In this document: positions 38,404-49,418 of the stretch, one piece after another | How positions within the stretch are numbered: position 1 is the stretch's first letter | How the letters are laid out: every line of letters starts with the position of its first letter | NCBI GenBank assembly: GCA_023667285.1 | Contig: JAMPAK010000001.1 | Span: 255,064-319,063, forward strand | DNA: 64,000 nucleotides | Source: Muribaculaceae bacterium | GTDB taxonomy: Bacteria; Bacteroidota; Bacteroidia; Bacteroidales; Muribaculaceae | Direction of reading: 5' to 3' | The notes under the pieces: model-generated | Told to the model about the DNA's origin: nothing | What the model saw: the letters and a program-made list of their open reading frames with translations, nothing else | Database searches by the model: none | Made by a program: the position numbers and the translations under genes

Positions 38404-39573
38404 ATGAATCAGAAATTCCACTCGCTCGCCATGGTTGCAGCGACAATCCTGACTGTCTCATGTGCCGGAGATCGTTCAGGGGCATCCACAGAGACTACAC
38501 GCTCCGGCCTGGACCCGGCTAAATTCCGCACCGTAGTCAACGGCGACTCCACAGCTCTCTACACCCTCACCAATTCCAACGGAATGGAGGTCTGTATCAC
38601 CAACTACGGCGGACGCATAGTCTCAATCACTCTCCCTGACCGTGACGGTGTTGACCGGGATGTTGTGCTTGGATTTGACAGTATCCAGGCTTATTTCCCT
38701 GACAACAATGCCTCAGACTTCGGAGCAGCCATAGGGCGCTATGCCAACCGCATCAACCAAGGGCGCTTTGTCCTAGACGGTGACACTGTGAAACTTCCTC
38801 AGAACAACTTCGGCCATTGCCTTCACGGCGGTACGGACATGGGCACACTCGGCTGGCAATATCGCGTATATGACGCAATGCAGCCCAATGACTCTACCCT
38901 TGTCCTCGGGATCGTGGATGAGGATGGAAACAACGGATTCCCCGGGACAGTCACAGCCACCGTCATCTACAGCCTTGAGCCTAACAACACTCTCGACATC
39001 GCCTACAGTGCCACAACAGACAAGCCCACGGTCATCAATATGACCAACCACTCATACTTCAACCTCTCAGGCGACCCTGCAAAGCCCATCACCGACGAGG
39101 TTCTGACAATCAATGCCAAGTCATACACCCCGGTTGACTCCACCTTCATGACCACCGGTGAGATTGCCCCCGTCGAAGGTACACCCATGGACTTCACGTC
39201 GCCCAAACTCATCGGCGAGGCCATAGACAACTTCGAGTTTGAGCAACTCAGGAACGGCAACGGATATGACCACAACTGGGTTCTTTCTACAGAAGGCTCA
39301 GACACCATCCCTGCAGCCACGCTCTACTCACCCCTAACAGGCATCGAGATGGATGTCTACACCTCAGAGCCGGGAATCCAGGTCTACACCGGCAACTTCC
39401 TCGACGGCTCCAACATCGGGAAACATGGCACAGCCTACAATAAGCGTGCAGCCATCTGCCTGGAGACACAGCATTATCCCGACTCCCCCAACAAACCCCT
39501 TTGGCCCTCCACAATCCTCAATCCCGGCGAGACATACACATCGCACACCGCTTACAAATTCAAAATCAAATAA
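38404..39573 (+). CDS. galM: Aldose 1-epimerase (mutarotase, AraM/GalM), lipoprotein
   Basis: IGRYANRI, LHGG, NMTNHSYFNL, GYDHNW, CLETQHYPDSPN. Lipobox TVSC from the reassigned ATG 38404. Confidence 0.93.
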   Translation: MNQKFHSLAMVAATILTVSCAGDRSGASTETTRSGLDPAKFRTVVNGDSTALYTLTNSNGMEVCITNYGGRIVSITLPDRDGVDRDVVLGFDSIQAYFPDNNASDFGAAIGRYANRINQGRFVLDGDTVKLPQNNFGHCLHGGTDMGTLGWQYRVYDAMQPNDSTLVLGIVDEDGNNGFPGTVTATVIYSLEPNNTLDIAYSATTDKPTVINMTNHSYFNLSGDPAKPITDEVLTINAKSYTPVDSTFMTTGEIAPVEGTPMDFTSPKLIGEAIDNFEFEQLRNGNGYDHNWVLSTEGSDTIPAATLYSPLTGIEMDVYTSEPGIQVYTGNFLDGSNIGKHGTAYNKRAAICLETQHYPDSPNKPLWPSTILNPGETYTSHTAYKFKIK

Positions 39574-39585
39574 CGTTATTCTTTC

Positions 39586-41280
39586 ATGCAACTACTCGAT
39601 TGGGTTGTCATAGCCCTATTCTTCGTGGCGCTCATAGGCATCATTGTCTGGGTGATGCGCCAGAAGCAAAACAATGCCGCCGACTACTTCCTCGGCGGAA
39701 AAGATGCGACATGGATTGCCATCGGTGCATCAATCTTCGCGTCTAACATAGGCTCAGAGCATCTCATCGGCCTTGCGGGCTCAGGAGCAGCCTCAGGCAT
39801 GGCCATGGCTCACTGGGAAATCCAGGGCTGGATGATACTCATCCTCGGATGGGTCTTCGTCCCCTTCTACTCACGCTCGATGGTCTACACTATGCCCGAG
39901 TTTCTCGAGAAGCGCTTCAATCCTCAGTCGCGCACCATTCTCGCCACAATCTCCCTAATCAGTTATGTTCTCACAAAAGTGGCCGTCACCGTCTATGCCG
40001 GCGGTCTTGTCTTCCAGCAGGTGTTCGGCATTGACCAACTTTGGGGAATAGACTTCTTCTGGATCGCAGCAATAGGGCTTGTCCTCATAACCGCGCTCTA
40101 CACCATCTTCGGAGGCATGAAATCTGTCCTTTACACCTCAGTCCTTCAGACACCCATACTTCTTCTCGGTTCGCTCATCATTCTTGTTCTCGGGCTCAAG
40201 GAACTGGGAGGATGGGACCAGATGATGGAGATCTGCTCTGCCGTCAAGGTCAACGAGTATGGCGACTCGATGACAAACCTCATCCGTGATAATCGCGATG
40301 CCCAATACCCCTGGCTCGGAGCCCTCATCGGCTCTGCAGTCATTGGATTCTGGTACTGGTGTACTGATCAGTTCATCGTTCAGCGAGTCCTTTCCGGCAA
40401 AGATGAGCGCGAGGCCCGTCGAGGCACAATCTTTGGAGCCTACCTCAAGCTCCTCCCCGTGTTTCTCTTCCTCATCCCCGGCATGATCGCTTTCGCCCTC
40501 CATCAGCAGCTCGGCGATTTCCTTCCGCTTGGAGCCAACGGCCTCCCCAACAGCGACGCCGCCTTCCCAACCCTTGTGGCCAAACTTCTCCCGGCCGGCG
40601 TCAAGGGACTGATTGTCTGTGGTATACTGGCCGCACTCATGTCCTCTTTGGCATCCCTGTTCAACTCCTCAGCCGCTCTCTTCACCATCGACTTCTATCA
40701 GCGTCTCAGACCGTCGACTGACCCGAAGAAACTTGTACGCATAGGCCAGGCTGCCACTGTGGTCATCGTGATTCTCGGCATCCTTTGGATTCCGGTGATG
40801 CGCTCCATCGGCGATGTGCTTTATCTCTATCTCCAGGACGTCCAGTCAGTGCTGGCACCAGGAATCGCTGCCGCCTTCCTCATCGGCATCCTCTGGAAAC
40901 GCGCCTCAGCCCTTGGCGGTATGTGGGCGCTCCTCGCTGGTCTCATCGTGGGCCTCACACGCCTCGGCGCTAAAATCTACTATACCGGACACGACATAGT
41001 GGCAGGCTCGGTCGTTGACCCAAGCCTTTTCCAGCGTGTATTCTACGATGAGAACTGGCTCTTCTTCTGCGGATGGATGCTTGTGTTCTGTCTTGCTGTA
41101 GGTGTGATTGTATCACTCTTCACAAAGGCACCTGACGAGGCTAAGATCAGAGGTCTGGTATTCGGCACCTCCACCGCCGAGCAGCGCGCTGTAACACGTG
41201 CAAGCTGGAACCATTGGGATGTCATCCACACTTGCATCATCCTGTGTATAACCGTGGCCTTCTACATCTATTTCTGGTAA
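39586..41280 (+). CDS. araP: Sodium:solute symporter, probable arabinose transporter (AraP)
   Basis: SSS family motifs ASNIGSEH, WYWCTDQFIVQR, AALMSSL. Position within the ara operon. Confidence 0.88.
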   Translation: MQLLDWVVIALFFVALIGIIVWVMRQKQNNAADYFLGGKDATWIAIGASIFASNIGSEHLIGLAGSGAASGMAMAHWEIQGWMILILGWVFVPFYSRSMVYTMPEFLEKRFNPQSRTILATISLISYVLTKVAVTVYAGGLVFQQVFGIDQLWGIDFFWIAAIGLVLITALYTIFGGMKSVLYTSVLQTPILLLGSLIILVLGLKELGGWDQMMEICSAVKVNEYGDSMTNLIRDNRDAQYPWLGALIGSAVIGFWYWCTDQFIVQRVLSGKDEREARRGTIFGAYLKLLPVFLFLIPGMIAFALHQQLGDFLPLGANGLPNSDAAFPTLVAKLLPAGVKGLIVCGILAALMSSLASLFNSSAALFTIDFYQRLRPSTDPKKLVRIGQAATVVIVILGILWIPVMRSIGDVLYLYLQDVQSVLAPGIAAAFLIGILWKRASALGGMWALLAGLIVGLTRLGAKIYYTGHDIVAGSVVDPSLFQRVFYDENWLFFCGWMLVFCLAVGVIVSLFTKAPDEAKIRGLVFGTSTAEQRAVTRASWNHWDVIHTCIILCITVAFYIYFW

Positions 41281-41293
41281 AATCGACCACAAT

Positions 41294-41971
41294 ATGTCTA
41301 TCTGCTATAGCAGTCATCAGAAGTTCTATGTCAGCGTCGACTGCATCATCTTCGGTGTAGTCGACGGGCGACTCAACGTCTTGCTGACCAAGCGGAAATT
41401 TGCTCCGGAACGTGGGAAATGGTCCTTGATGGGAGGTTTTGTCAGAGAGGATGAGAGCCTCGACGATGCAGCAAGCCGTGTGCTTCTCGAACTGACCGGT
41501 CTGAGCCACACTTTCATGCGTCAGGTAAAAGCGTTCGGCGAGGTTGACCGCGACCCTGGCGCCAGAGTCATCTCAGTGGCATACTATGCCCTCCTGACCC
41601 CCGACCTGATCAATGCTGAGACACTTAAATCTCACTCCGCCCGATGGCATGACATCAGCAATCTCCCGGACTTGGGTTTCGACCATGAGGAAATGATTGC
41701 CAAGGCCCGCGCACAGTTGTGCCGCCGCATCAGCACTGAGCCATTCGCCTTCAGGCTGCTTCCTGAGCAATTCACTCTCACCCGTCTCCAGAACCTCTAT
41801 GAACTGATATTTGATGAGACATTCGACAAGCGCAACTTCCGCAAGCGCATAGCAGAGAATCCATGCATCACGCCCACAGGAATCATCGACAAGACAGGCT
41901 CCCGTCGCGGCGCGATGCTCTACCGATTCGATGAAGCCATCTATCTCAAAGATGGCAGATTCAAAATGTAA
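41294..41971 (+). CDS. araR: NrtR-family (NUDIX + winged HTH) arabinose repressor AraR
   Basis: VSVDCIIFG, LMGGFV, RDPGARVISVAY, FTLTRLQ, DKRNFRK. Sits between araP and araD as in Bacteroides thetaiotaomicron. Confidence 0.88.
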   Translation: MSICYSSHQKFYVSVDCIIFGVVDGRLNVLLTKRKFAPERGKWSLMGGFVREDESLDDAASRVLLELTGLSHTFMRQVKAFGEVDRDPGARVISVAYYALLTPDLINAETLKSHSARWHDISNLPDLGFDHEEMIAKARAQLCRRISTEPFAFRLLPEQFTLTRLQNLYELIFDETFDKRNFRKRIAENPCITPTGIIDKTGSRRGAMLYRFDEAIYLKDGRFKM

Positions 41972-41986
41972 TCTCCAAACCTCAAT

Positions 41987-42679
41987 ATGTTAGAAAAACT
42001 CAAAGAAACAGTCTGCCGAGCCAATCTCGACCTTGTCAAGCACGGCCTTGTCATATTCACATGGGGGAATGTCTCCGGCATCGACCGCAACAAAGGCTTG
42101 GTTGTAATAAAGCCAAGCGGTGTCAGCTATGACAACATGACGCCCTCTGATATGGTCGTGGTCGACCTCATGACCGGACAGACAGTCGAGGGAGACCTCA
42201 ATCCATCGAGCGACACTCCGACACATCTGGCCATCTACCGTGCATTCCAGGAGGTGGGTGGTGTCGTCCACACCCATTCCACCTATGCCACAGCCTGGGC
42301 TCAGGCAGGAATCGACCTTCCAAATATTGGCACCACACATGCTGACTACTTCCACAACGCTATCCCTTGCACCCCTGACATGACCACAACCGAGGTCGAG
42401 GGTAACTACGAACTCGAGACCGGCAACGTAATCGTGGCCCGTTTCTCCGGGCTGAACCCCATCCACACACCCGGTGTGCTTGTCAAGAACCATGGACCCT
42501 TCACATGGGGAAAGACCCCTCAGGAGGCTGTCCACAACGCCGTTGTGCTGGAACAGGTGGCCAAGATGGCCAGCATCTCGTTTGCAATCAACCCCTCCCT
42601 CACAATGAATCCGCTCCTCATCGAAAAACATTTCAACCGCAAGCATGGCCCCGGTGCATACTATGGCCAAAAAAAATAA
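41987..42679 (+). CDS. araD: L-ribulose-5-phosphate 4-epimerase
   Basis: [38 protein letters not shown]. Confidence 0.96.
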   Translation: MLEKLKETVCRANLDLVKHGLVIFTWGNVSGIDRNKGLVVIKPSGVSYDNMTPSDMVVVDLMTGQTVEGDLNPSSDTPTHLAIYRAFQEVGGVVHTHSTYATAWAQAGIDLPNIGTTHADYFHNAIPCTPDMTTTEVEGNYELETGNVIVARFSGLNPIHTPGVLVKNHGPFTWGKTPQEAVHNAVVLEQVAKMASISFAINPSLTMNPLLIEKHFNRKHGPGAYYGQKK

Positions 42680-42700
42680 TCATCTAAAACAATATATCTC

Positions 42701-44242
42701 ATGCAAAACTTCTCCGATTATGAAATATGGTGGGTGACTGGCGCCCAACTCCTCTATGGTGGTGACGCCGTTGTCAAAGTTGACGCACACTCCAAGGAAA
42801 TGGTCGATGGTCTCAACAAGTCAGGCCGTCTGCCCATAAAGGTTGTCTATAAAGGCACCGCCAACTCCTCAAAAGAGGTGTCCGACGTGATGAAAGCAGC
42901 AAACAATGACGACCGTTGCGCAGGCATCATCACATGGATGCACACCTTCTCTCCGGCCAAGATGTGGATTCATGGTCTCCAGATCCTAAACAAACCGCTC
43001 CTCCATTTCCACACACAGTTCAACGCAGAGATTCCCTGGGACAACATTGACATGGACTTCATGAACCTCAACCAGAGCGCTCATGGCGACCGTGAGTTCG
43101 GACACATCTGTGCCCGCATGCGCCTGCGCCGCAAGGTGGTGGTGGGACACTGGACTGATCCCGAGGTGATTGAGCGTATAGCCGTGTGGGAACGTGTCGC
43201 TGCAGCATGGGCAGACTCTCAGGACATGCTTATCGTCCGCTTTGGCGACCAGATGAACAATGTGTCAGTGACAGACGGTGACAAGGTCGAGGCCGAGCAG
43301 CGCCTGGGCTATCATGTGGACTATTGTCCCGTCAGCGAGCTCATGGACTACTGGAAGAAGGTGTCAGACGCTGATACAGACGCTCTTGTGGCTGAATATT
43401 TCATGCTCTATCCCCACGACCCCGCGCTTGAAGACAAAGAGACTGAAGGCTACAAGTCAGTGCGCTCTGCCGCCCGTGCTGAGATTGCTCTACGTGCCAT
43501 TCTTAAGGACAAGGGAGCCAAGGGCTTCACAACCAACTTTGATGATCTTGGAGATGTTGATGTCAATGACCCTAACTTCGTGGGATTCGACCAGATTCCA
43601 GGCCTCGCATCACAGCGCCTCATGGCTGAAGGCTATGGCTTCGGAGCTGAGGGCGACTGGAAGAGCGCGGCGCTCTACCGCACCGTTTGGTTCATGGGTC
43701 AGGGACTCAAAGGGGGATGCTCATTCCTTGAGGACTATACCCTGAACTTCGACGGTGCCAACAGTTCGATTCTACAATCACACATGCTTGAGGTCTGTCC
43801 GCTCATAGCAGAGGAGCGTCCACGCCTGGAGGTTCATTTCCTCGGCATAGGCATCCGCAAGGCTCAGACAGCCCGACTGGTGTTCACCTCCAAACCCGGC
43901 AAAGGCATAACAGCCACCGTCGTAGATATGGGCAATCGCTTCCGTCTCATCGTCAACGACGTGGAGTGCATCAAGTCCAAGCCTCTTCCCAAACTCCCCG
44001 TGGCCTCCGCCCTATGGATTCCCATGCCTGATTTCAAGACGGGGGCAGCCGCATGGATTCTTGCCGGCGGCACACACCATTCGTGCTTCTCCTACGATCT
44101 CACACCGGAATACTGGGAAGACTACGCCGAGATTGCCGGCATAGAGATGCTTCATATCGACGCAGACACAACCATCCCGGCTTTCAAGGACCGCCTGCGC
44201 TGGAATGAGGTCTACTACATGCTCAACAAGTCGCTCTGCTGA
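42701..44242 (+). CDS. araA: L-arabinose isomerase
   Basis: [49 protein letters not shown]. Confidence 0.96.
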   Translation: MQNFSDYEIWWVTGAQLLYGGDAVVKVDAHSKEMVDGLNKSGRLPIKVVYKGTANSSKEVSDVMKAANNDDRCAGIITWMHTFSPAKMWIHGLQILNKPLLHFHTQFNAEIPWDNIDMDFMNLNQSAHGDREFGHICARMRLRRKVVVGHWTDPEVIERIAVWERVAAAWADSQDMLIVRFGDQMNNVSVTDGDKVEAEQRLGYHVDYCPVSELMDYWKKVSDADTDALVAEYFMLYPHDPALEDKETEGYKSVRSAARAEIALRAILKDKGAKGFTTNFDDLGDVDVNDPNFVGFDQIPGLASQRLMAEGYGFGAEGDWKSAALYRTVWFMGQGLKGGCSFLEDYTLNFDGANSSILQSHMLEVCPLIAEERPRLEVHFLGIGIRKAQTARLVFTSKPGKGITATVVDMGNRFRLIVNDVECIKSKPLPKLPVASALWIPMPDFKTGAAAWILAGGTHHSCFSYDLTPEYWEDYAEIAGIEMLHIDADTTIPAFKDRLRWNEVYYMLNKSLC

Positions 44243-44246
44243 ACCT

Positions 44247-45833
44247 ATGAACGCTAAGGAGACCATCGAGTCGGGCCACGCTACACTCGGCATCGAGTTT
44301 GGCTCGACACGCATCAAGGCCGTTCTCATCGATGAGGAGTTCAGGCCCATAGCCCAGGGAAGCCACGAGTGGGAGAACCAACTCGTCGACGGACTCTGGA
44401 CCTACTCCATTGAGTCCATATGGTTTGGCCTTCAGGATTGCTATCGCGACCTGCGCGCCAAAGTCCGTGAGATTTACAACGTTGAGATAGAGACACTCGC
44501 ATCTATCGGCATCAGCGCCATGATGCATGGCTACATGCCATTCGCTGCCGACGGTCATATGCTCGCCCCTTTCCGCACATGGAGAAACACCAATACGGGC
44601 AATGCTGCCTCCCGACTCTCTGAACTGTTCGTCTACAATATCCCACTCCGCTGGAGCATCTCTCACCTCTATCAGGCAATTCTCAACGGCGAAGAGCATG
44701 TCGGTGACATCGATTTCCTGACCACTCTTGCCGGGTATATCCACTGGCAACTCACCGGCGAGAAAGTCCTTGGCATCGGGGATGCCTCCGGCATGATTCC
44801 GGTCGACCCTGAGACCAAACAGTACTCAGCCGCCATGATTGAGAAGTTCGACAACCTCATCGAGCCTTTTGGCTTCAACTGGACTCTCGAGCAGATTCTA
44901 CCCTCCATTCTTGTGGCTGGAGAAAAAGCCGGATATCTGACAGAAGAAGGAGCCTCACGTCTCGACATCTCTGGCCATTTGAAAGCAGGAATCCCCTTCT
45001 GCCCTCCGGAAGGCGATGCAGGAACAGGGATGGTGGCGACAAACGCTGTGAAGCAACGCACGGGCAATGTCTCTGCCGGGACATCTTCCTTCTCAATGAT
45101 AGTCCTTGAGAAAGAACTATCTCGTCCCTATGAGGCCATCGACATGGTCACCACTCCCGATGGAAGTCTCGTGGCAATGGTTCACTGCAACAACTGCACA
45201 TCAGACCTCAACGCATGGGTAGGACTTTTCCGTGAGTACACCGAACTCCTGGGACTGCCCATAAACATTGAGGAGATATATGGTAAACTATATAATAACG
45301 CTTTGAAAGGAGACACGGATTGCGGAGGTCTGCTGGCCTACAATTTTATATCCGGAGAACCCATTGTCGACATCTCCGAAGGGCGCCCCTTGTTCGTGCG
45401 CAGTGCCACCGGCCGTTTCAATCTGGCCAACTTCATCAGAGCCCACCTTCACGCCTCAGTGGCAGTGTTGAAACTTGGCAACCACATCCTCTTTGACATT
45501 GAGAAAGTCAAGGTCGACCGTCTCACAGGCCATGGCGGCCTTTTCAAGACACCTATTGTAGGACAGCGCATCCTTGCGGCAGCTCTAGCCTCTCCCATCT
45601 CCGTCATGGAGACAGCCGGCGAGGGTGGCGCATGGGGCATGGCTCTCCTTGCCGCCTTCATGTCTGATGAGACAGGGAAACCCCTTGCTGACTGGCTTGA
45701 AGACAAGGTCTTCATAGGCAACAAGGGGGTTGAGATTACACCTACTCAGGAAGAAATCGAAGGTTTCAACCGCTATATAGAGACATATAAGCGCTGTCTC
45801 CCCATAGAGCGTACAGCCATCGACTGCAAATAG
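44247..45833 (+). CDS. araB: Ribulokinase (FGGY family)
   Basis: [40 protein letters not shown]. Start reassigned to ATG 44247. Confidence 0.92.
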   Translation: MNAKETIESGHATLGIEFGSTRIKAVLIDEEFRPIAQGSHEWENQLVDGLWTYSIESIWFGLQDCYRDLRAKVREIYNVEIETLASIGISAMMHGYMPFAADGHMLAPFRTWRNTNTGNAASRLSELFVYNIPLRWSISHLYQAILNGEEHVGDIDFLTTLAGYIHWQLTGEKVLGIGDASGMIPVDPETKQYSAAMIEKFDNLIEPFGFNWTLEQILPSILVAGEKAGYLTEEGASRLDISGHLKAGIPFCPPEGDAGTGMVATNAVKQRTGNVSAGTSSFSMIVLEKELSRPYEAIDMVTTPDGSLVAMVHCNNCTSDLNAWVGLFREYTELLGLPINIEEIYGKLYNNALKGDTDCGGLLAYNFISGEPIVDISEGRPLFVRSATGRFNLANFIRAHLHASVAVLKLGNHILFDIEKVKVDRLTGHGGLFKTPIVGQRILAAALASPISVMETAGEGGAWGMALLAAFMSDETGKPLADWLEDKVFIGNKGVEITPTQEEIEGFNRYIETYKRCLPIERTAIDCK

Positions 45834-45860
45834 TAATCATGAATTTTCCGAGAGAGGGAG

Positions 45861-46781
45861 TCACTTTTGCGGCTTCCTCTTTCCTTTATTTGTCAATACC
45901 ATCCCAGCTATGATAATCACCATCGCTATGACCTGGATAAACTTCAGGTGGCTCATGCCCATGATCACTGCCACTATGGTCGCCACCACCGGGAGCAGAT
46001 ACTGATAGAGCGACACGAGCTCCGAGCCTATATTCTTGATGGCAGGCTGGACAAGGAAATAGGCGATGAACGTCGGGCAGAACAATATGAACGCAATCTC
46101 AAGCCAGGGGACAGCCTGAGTTGTGTGAAGTATGGGCATAGTCCTCATGCCCGGGACAATGAACAGCGCTGGGATAGCCGCGAAGAGAAACACCCACTTC
46201 AACATGGTGACCGGGCGATAAGTCTTCGTAGGTTCCTCAAGTATAAACAGGTAGAAGGCATAGCAGATGGTTGAGATGACAGCAAGTATATCGCCCAGAA
46301 GCTTGTCACTTCCCTTCTCACTGCCTCCTGCATCAACTATGACCACGACAGCCCCTGCAAACGAGACAGCCACACCAATCCATTCCATCACCGATGGACG
46401 GTAATGCCTGAAAAGTATACTCATCAATATCACAAACACCGGGGGCAACGTCATGATAATCGAGATGTCGATAGGCTCGCCATATTTCAGCGAGGTTACA
46501 AACAGATAGATAAATCCGAAGAGTCCCGCAAAGCCTCCAAAGAAAAGTTTGCGCCAATCCTGACGCTCAATCCCTTTACTCTTCACGAACAGCGAGGCAA
46601 TCCAGAACAACACACAGCCGCCCACTAGCCTGACGGCCGAGACACCTTCGGCCGTCATCCACTCAGGGATAAGCGCCTTGGTGAAGGGGATATTTACACC
46701 CCAGAAAATCGTGGCCAGAAGGATGCAGCCATTCCCAAGCAGGAAGTTGCCACCACCGGCTCCATTGTTTTGTTTTTCCAT
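45861..46781 (-). CDS. DMT/EamA family transporter
   Basis: About ten TMs in two EamA repeats (FWGVN, AVRL, LPPV / YLLPV). Confidence 0.9.
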   Translation of the reverse strand: MEKQNNGAGGGNFLLGNGCILLATIFWGVNIPFTKALIPEWMTAEGVSAVRLVGGCVLFWIASLFVKSKGIERQDWRKLFFGGFAGLFGFIYLFVTSLKYGEPIDISIIMTLPPVFVILMSILFRHYRPSVMEWIGVAVSFAGAVVVIVDAGGSEKGSDKLLGDILAVISTICYAFYLFILEEPTKTYRPVTMLKWVFLFAAIPALFIVPGMRTMPILHTTQAVPWLEIAFILFCPTFIAYFLVQPAIKNIGSELVSLYQYLLPVVATIVAVIMGMSHLKFIQVIAMVIIIAGMVLTNKGKRKPQK

Positions 46782-46790
46782 AGCCTAAAA

Positions 46791-46819
46791 AAGTAGAGCC
46801 TCCACAATGAGGGAGGCCC
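46791..46819 (-). terminator. Probable intrinsic terminator after rubrerythrin
   Basis: GCCTCC-N8-GGAGGC stem followed by T6 on the minus strand. Confidence 0.5.
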
Positions 46820-46849
46820 TGTTCATTTTTTTAGTGAAGACCGTGAGAA

Positions 46850-47392
46850 TCAATAGTTCTTGGCCTCGAGCTCAAAGTATGACTTCGGGTGCTTGCAGAC
46901 CGGACAAATCTCTGGAGCCTTCTTTCCGAAGACCACATGGCCACATTCGCGGCAAACCCAGAAACGATCCTCATCTCTCGAGAAGACAATCCCCTCCTTG
47001 ATGTTCTCTGCCAGGCGACGATAACGCTCCTCATGTGTGCGCTCGATGCGGCCCACGAGATCAAACTGTGTTGCGAGTGCTGTGAAGCCCTCCTCACGTG
47101 CCACACGTGCAAATTCTGCATACATGTCGGTCCACTCATAGTGCTCGCCGGCGGCTGCATCAGCCAGATTGTCGAGAGTGTCGGGCATATCCCCTCCGTG
47201 AAGAGCCTTGAACCACAGTTTTGCATGCTCATGCTCATTGTGAGCAGTTTCGGCAAAGATTTCACCTATCTGGTTGTAGCCATCTTTCTTTGCTTTCTTG
47301 GCATACATGGAATATTTTGAGAAGGCAAGCGATTCGCCTGCGAGAGCGGCCATCAGATTGGCCTCAGTCTTTGTACCTTTGAGTTCTTTCAT
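46850..47392 (-). CDS. rbr: Rubrerythrin
   Basis: [33 protein letters not shown] diiron ligands, C-terminal CRECGH...CPVCKHP rubredoxin domain. Confidence 0.95.
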   Translation of the reverse strand: MKELKGTKTEANLMAALAGESLAFSKYSMYAKKAKKDGYNQIGEIFAETAHNEHEHAKLWFKALHGGDMPDTLDNLADAAAGEHYEWTDMYAEFARVAREEGFTALATQFDLVGRIERTHEERYRRLAENIKEGIVFSRDEDRFWVCRECGHVVFGKKAPEICPVCKHPKSYFELEAKNY

Positions 47393-47467
47393 AACGGTTA
47401 CGTGTGATGATGAAGTTGTTTTCTGTTCTCATAACATTTCCTCCGTCTGAAAAGTTCACAGCAGGTA

Positions 47468-47860
47468 TTATTTTTTTTCAGAATCGCCGTCAATCACATA
47501 TTTTCTATGCTCTGCCCCCCATCTGGCAAGTGCATCCAACAACGGGTGCAGACTGGCGCCGTGAGGCGTCAACCTATATGCCACCATCAGGCGTGAGAAG
47601 GCTCCCACTGTCGAGACAACACGCTCAATGAGGCCATCGTCCATCAGCGACCTGAGATTGTGTGAAAGTATTTTGTCTGTAAGACCCGGATTGCGCTCCA
47701 TGATATCCTTATAGCGTATATGACCTCTGACTATCGTCATAAGGATACGCAATTTCCATTTCCCGTAGAGCACATCAAGGGCATCAGAGATCAGAAGCAT
47801 ATGGCGATTAAACTGCATCTGATCATCTTGTTTGAATATTTCTTCTAAGGTTTGTTCCAT
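47468..47860 (-). CDS. HxlR-family winged-helix transcriptional regulator
   Basis: ALDVLYGKWKLRIL, LTDKILSHNLRSL, VAYRLTPHG, LDALARWG. Confidence 0.9.
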   Translation of the reverse strand: MEQTLEEIFKQDDQMQFNRHMLLISDALDVLYGKWKLRILMTIVRGHIRYKDIMERNPGLTDKILSHNLRSLMDDGLIERVVSTVGAFSRLMVAYRLTPHGASLHPLLDALARWGAEHRKYVIDGDSEKK

Positions 47861-47884
47861 TTGCTAAGAGCGGTTCGCTTACTG

Positions 47885-47892
47885 CAAAGTTA
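47885..47892 (-). promoter_or_regulatory. -7 promoter element TAACTTTG for hxlR-rbr
   Basis: Exact TAnnTTTG 24 nt upstream of the ATG. Confidence 0.65.
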
Positions 47893-47915
47893 ATAATAAT
47901 TTCAATACCATAACA

Positions 47916-47931
47916 CTTTCCAATAGGAAAG
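47916..47931. promoter_or_regulatory. Candidate operator CTTTCC-N4-GGAAAG between hxlR and the RND operon
   Basis: Perfect 6-bp inverted repeat in the divergent promoter region, overlapping the expected -33 area of the hxlR promoter. Confidence 0.45.
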
Positions 47932-48024
47932 GTCACGCTCTCAGCACCATTCATCGACCTTTCTCTCGAGAGTGAACTTTTTGATTTTCCGCAGTGTTGA
48001 AAGTCTATACCTCACGTTGAGATT

Positions 48025-49401
48025 ATGAAAAAAAATTTCATCCTACCCATCGCTATCACGCTTTTCAGCGTCAATATGCCCCTCCGCACCTTTGCCGGAG
48101 ACCCTCCTCTCATCACTCCGCTCCCATCTTCTTGGACATACCAGCCCATCCACGAGCAACTCCTCCCTGAAGATGACAACTGGTGGGAACGCTTCAACGA
48201 CACCCTTCTCGATTCTCTTATATCAGGAGCAGCCTCGGCCAACTACAACCTGCTTGAGGCGAGTCACCGTCGTGAGGCTGCGCGCCTTGCAATACGCCAG
48301 GCTCAGAGTGCCTACTGGCCCACACTGACTGCCGGCGCCTCATATACTCGCGCACGTACCGCAGGCGTAAACTCCAACTCATGGTCGCTCGGCGCTCAAA
48401 TGAGTTGGGAAGTTGACCTCTTCGGCCGCATCACTGCACAAGTCCGGTCAAAAAAGGCTGCCTATCGGGCATCAAGGGCAGAATATACAGCCGCAATGGT
48501 CAGCATGGCTGCTGAACTGGCCACATATTATATTGACTACCGTCTGTTGCAGGCTCAGATAGCCATTGCCAACGAGCATCTTGTCTCACAAGAAAAGGTC
48601 CTGAAGATTGCTGAAGCCCGTCATGAAGCCGGACTTGTCTCCAAACTCGATGTGGCTCAGGCCAAGGGGGTTTATCTCTCCACTCAGGCAACCATCCCGA
48701 GCCTCCAGTCGTCACTGAGAAGCACACTCACCTCTATCGCCACCCTCCTCGGCGTCTACCCCGATTCCATCGCACCCTTGCTCGAGACCCCGCGTCCACT
48801 TCCGGCCTATGAGATGCTCATCCCGGCTGGCATCCCGGCAGACCTCCTCAGGAGACGTCCGGACATACTTGCAGCCGAGGCAAATCTTGCCGAGAGTGCC
48901 GCAGCAGTAGGAATCGCCAAGAAAGAATACCTCCCTTCACTGACAATTGAGGGCGAGATTGCCACCGTGACCCCCAAGGCCGAAAAGCTATTCGGCAAAA
49001 ACACACTTCACTACTCCATAGCCCCTACCCTCTCCTGGACAATATTCGACGGACTCTCGCGCACCTATGGCGTTGCACAGGCCAAGGAGCAGATGGCTGC
49101 ATCCATCGATGCCTACAACCTCACAGTCATGACGGCCGTAGGCGAGGTCGACAATGCAATGGTCTCCTACCACTCAGCCATTGAAGCCCTTGAAATATAC
49201 CAGCAATATTATGAGCAGAGCCACGAGGCCCTCACGCTCTCCATTGAGCAATACAAGCAAGGGCTGTCTGCTTTCACAAACGTTGTCGACGCACAGATTG
49301 ACCTGCTCAACGCTGCAAACTCGCGTGTCTCAGCCCGCAGTAATGCCATTATCGCCCTCATTGATCTTTATCGCGCCCTTGGCGGCTCTCCTAATCCCTA
49401 A
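48025..49401 (+). CDS. Outer-membrane efflux factor (TolC/OprM-like)
   Basis: Signal peptide, WWERFND, WEVDLFGR, LLRRRPDI, DLYRALGG. Confidence 0.93.
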   Translation: MKKNFILPIAITLFSVNMPLRTFAGDPPLITPLPSSWTYQPIHEQLLPEDDNWWERFNDTLLDSLISGAASANYNLLEASHRREAARLAIRQAQSAYWPTLTAGASYTRARTAGVNSNSWSLGAQMSWEVDLFGRITAQVRSKKAAYRASRAEYTAAMVSMAAELATYYIDYRLLQAQIAIANEHLVSQEKVLKIAEARHEAGLVSKLDVAQAKGVYLSTQATIPSLQSSLRSTLTSIATLLGVYPDSIAPLLETPRPLPAYEMLIPAGIPADLLRRRPDILAAEANLAESAAAVGIAKKEYLPSLTIEGEIATVTPKAEKLFGKNTLHYSIAPTLSWTIFDGLSRTYGVAQAKEQMAASIDAYNLTVMTAVGEVDNAMVSYHSAIEALEIYQQYYEQSHEALTLSIEQYKQGLSAFTNVVDAQIDLLNAANSRVSARSNAIIALIDLYRALGGSPNP

Positions 49402-49418
49402 AAATAATAAGAACTCAT

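Noticed and set aside
41990-42670. 226-aa antisense ORF covering almost all of araD
   Set aside because: It is the in-register antisense shadow produced by codon bias. It has no recognisable motifs and no promoter.
48028-48035. A8 tract directly after the tolC ATG as a possible phase-variation site
   Set aside because: It is too short, and A-rich starts are normal in Bacteroidetes. Other A8 runs at gene ends (araD, hxlR) are likewise unremarkable.
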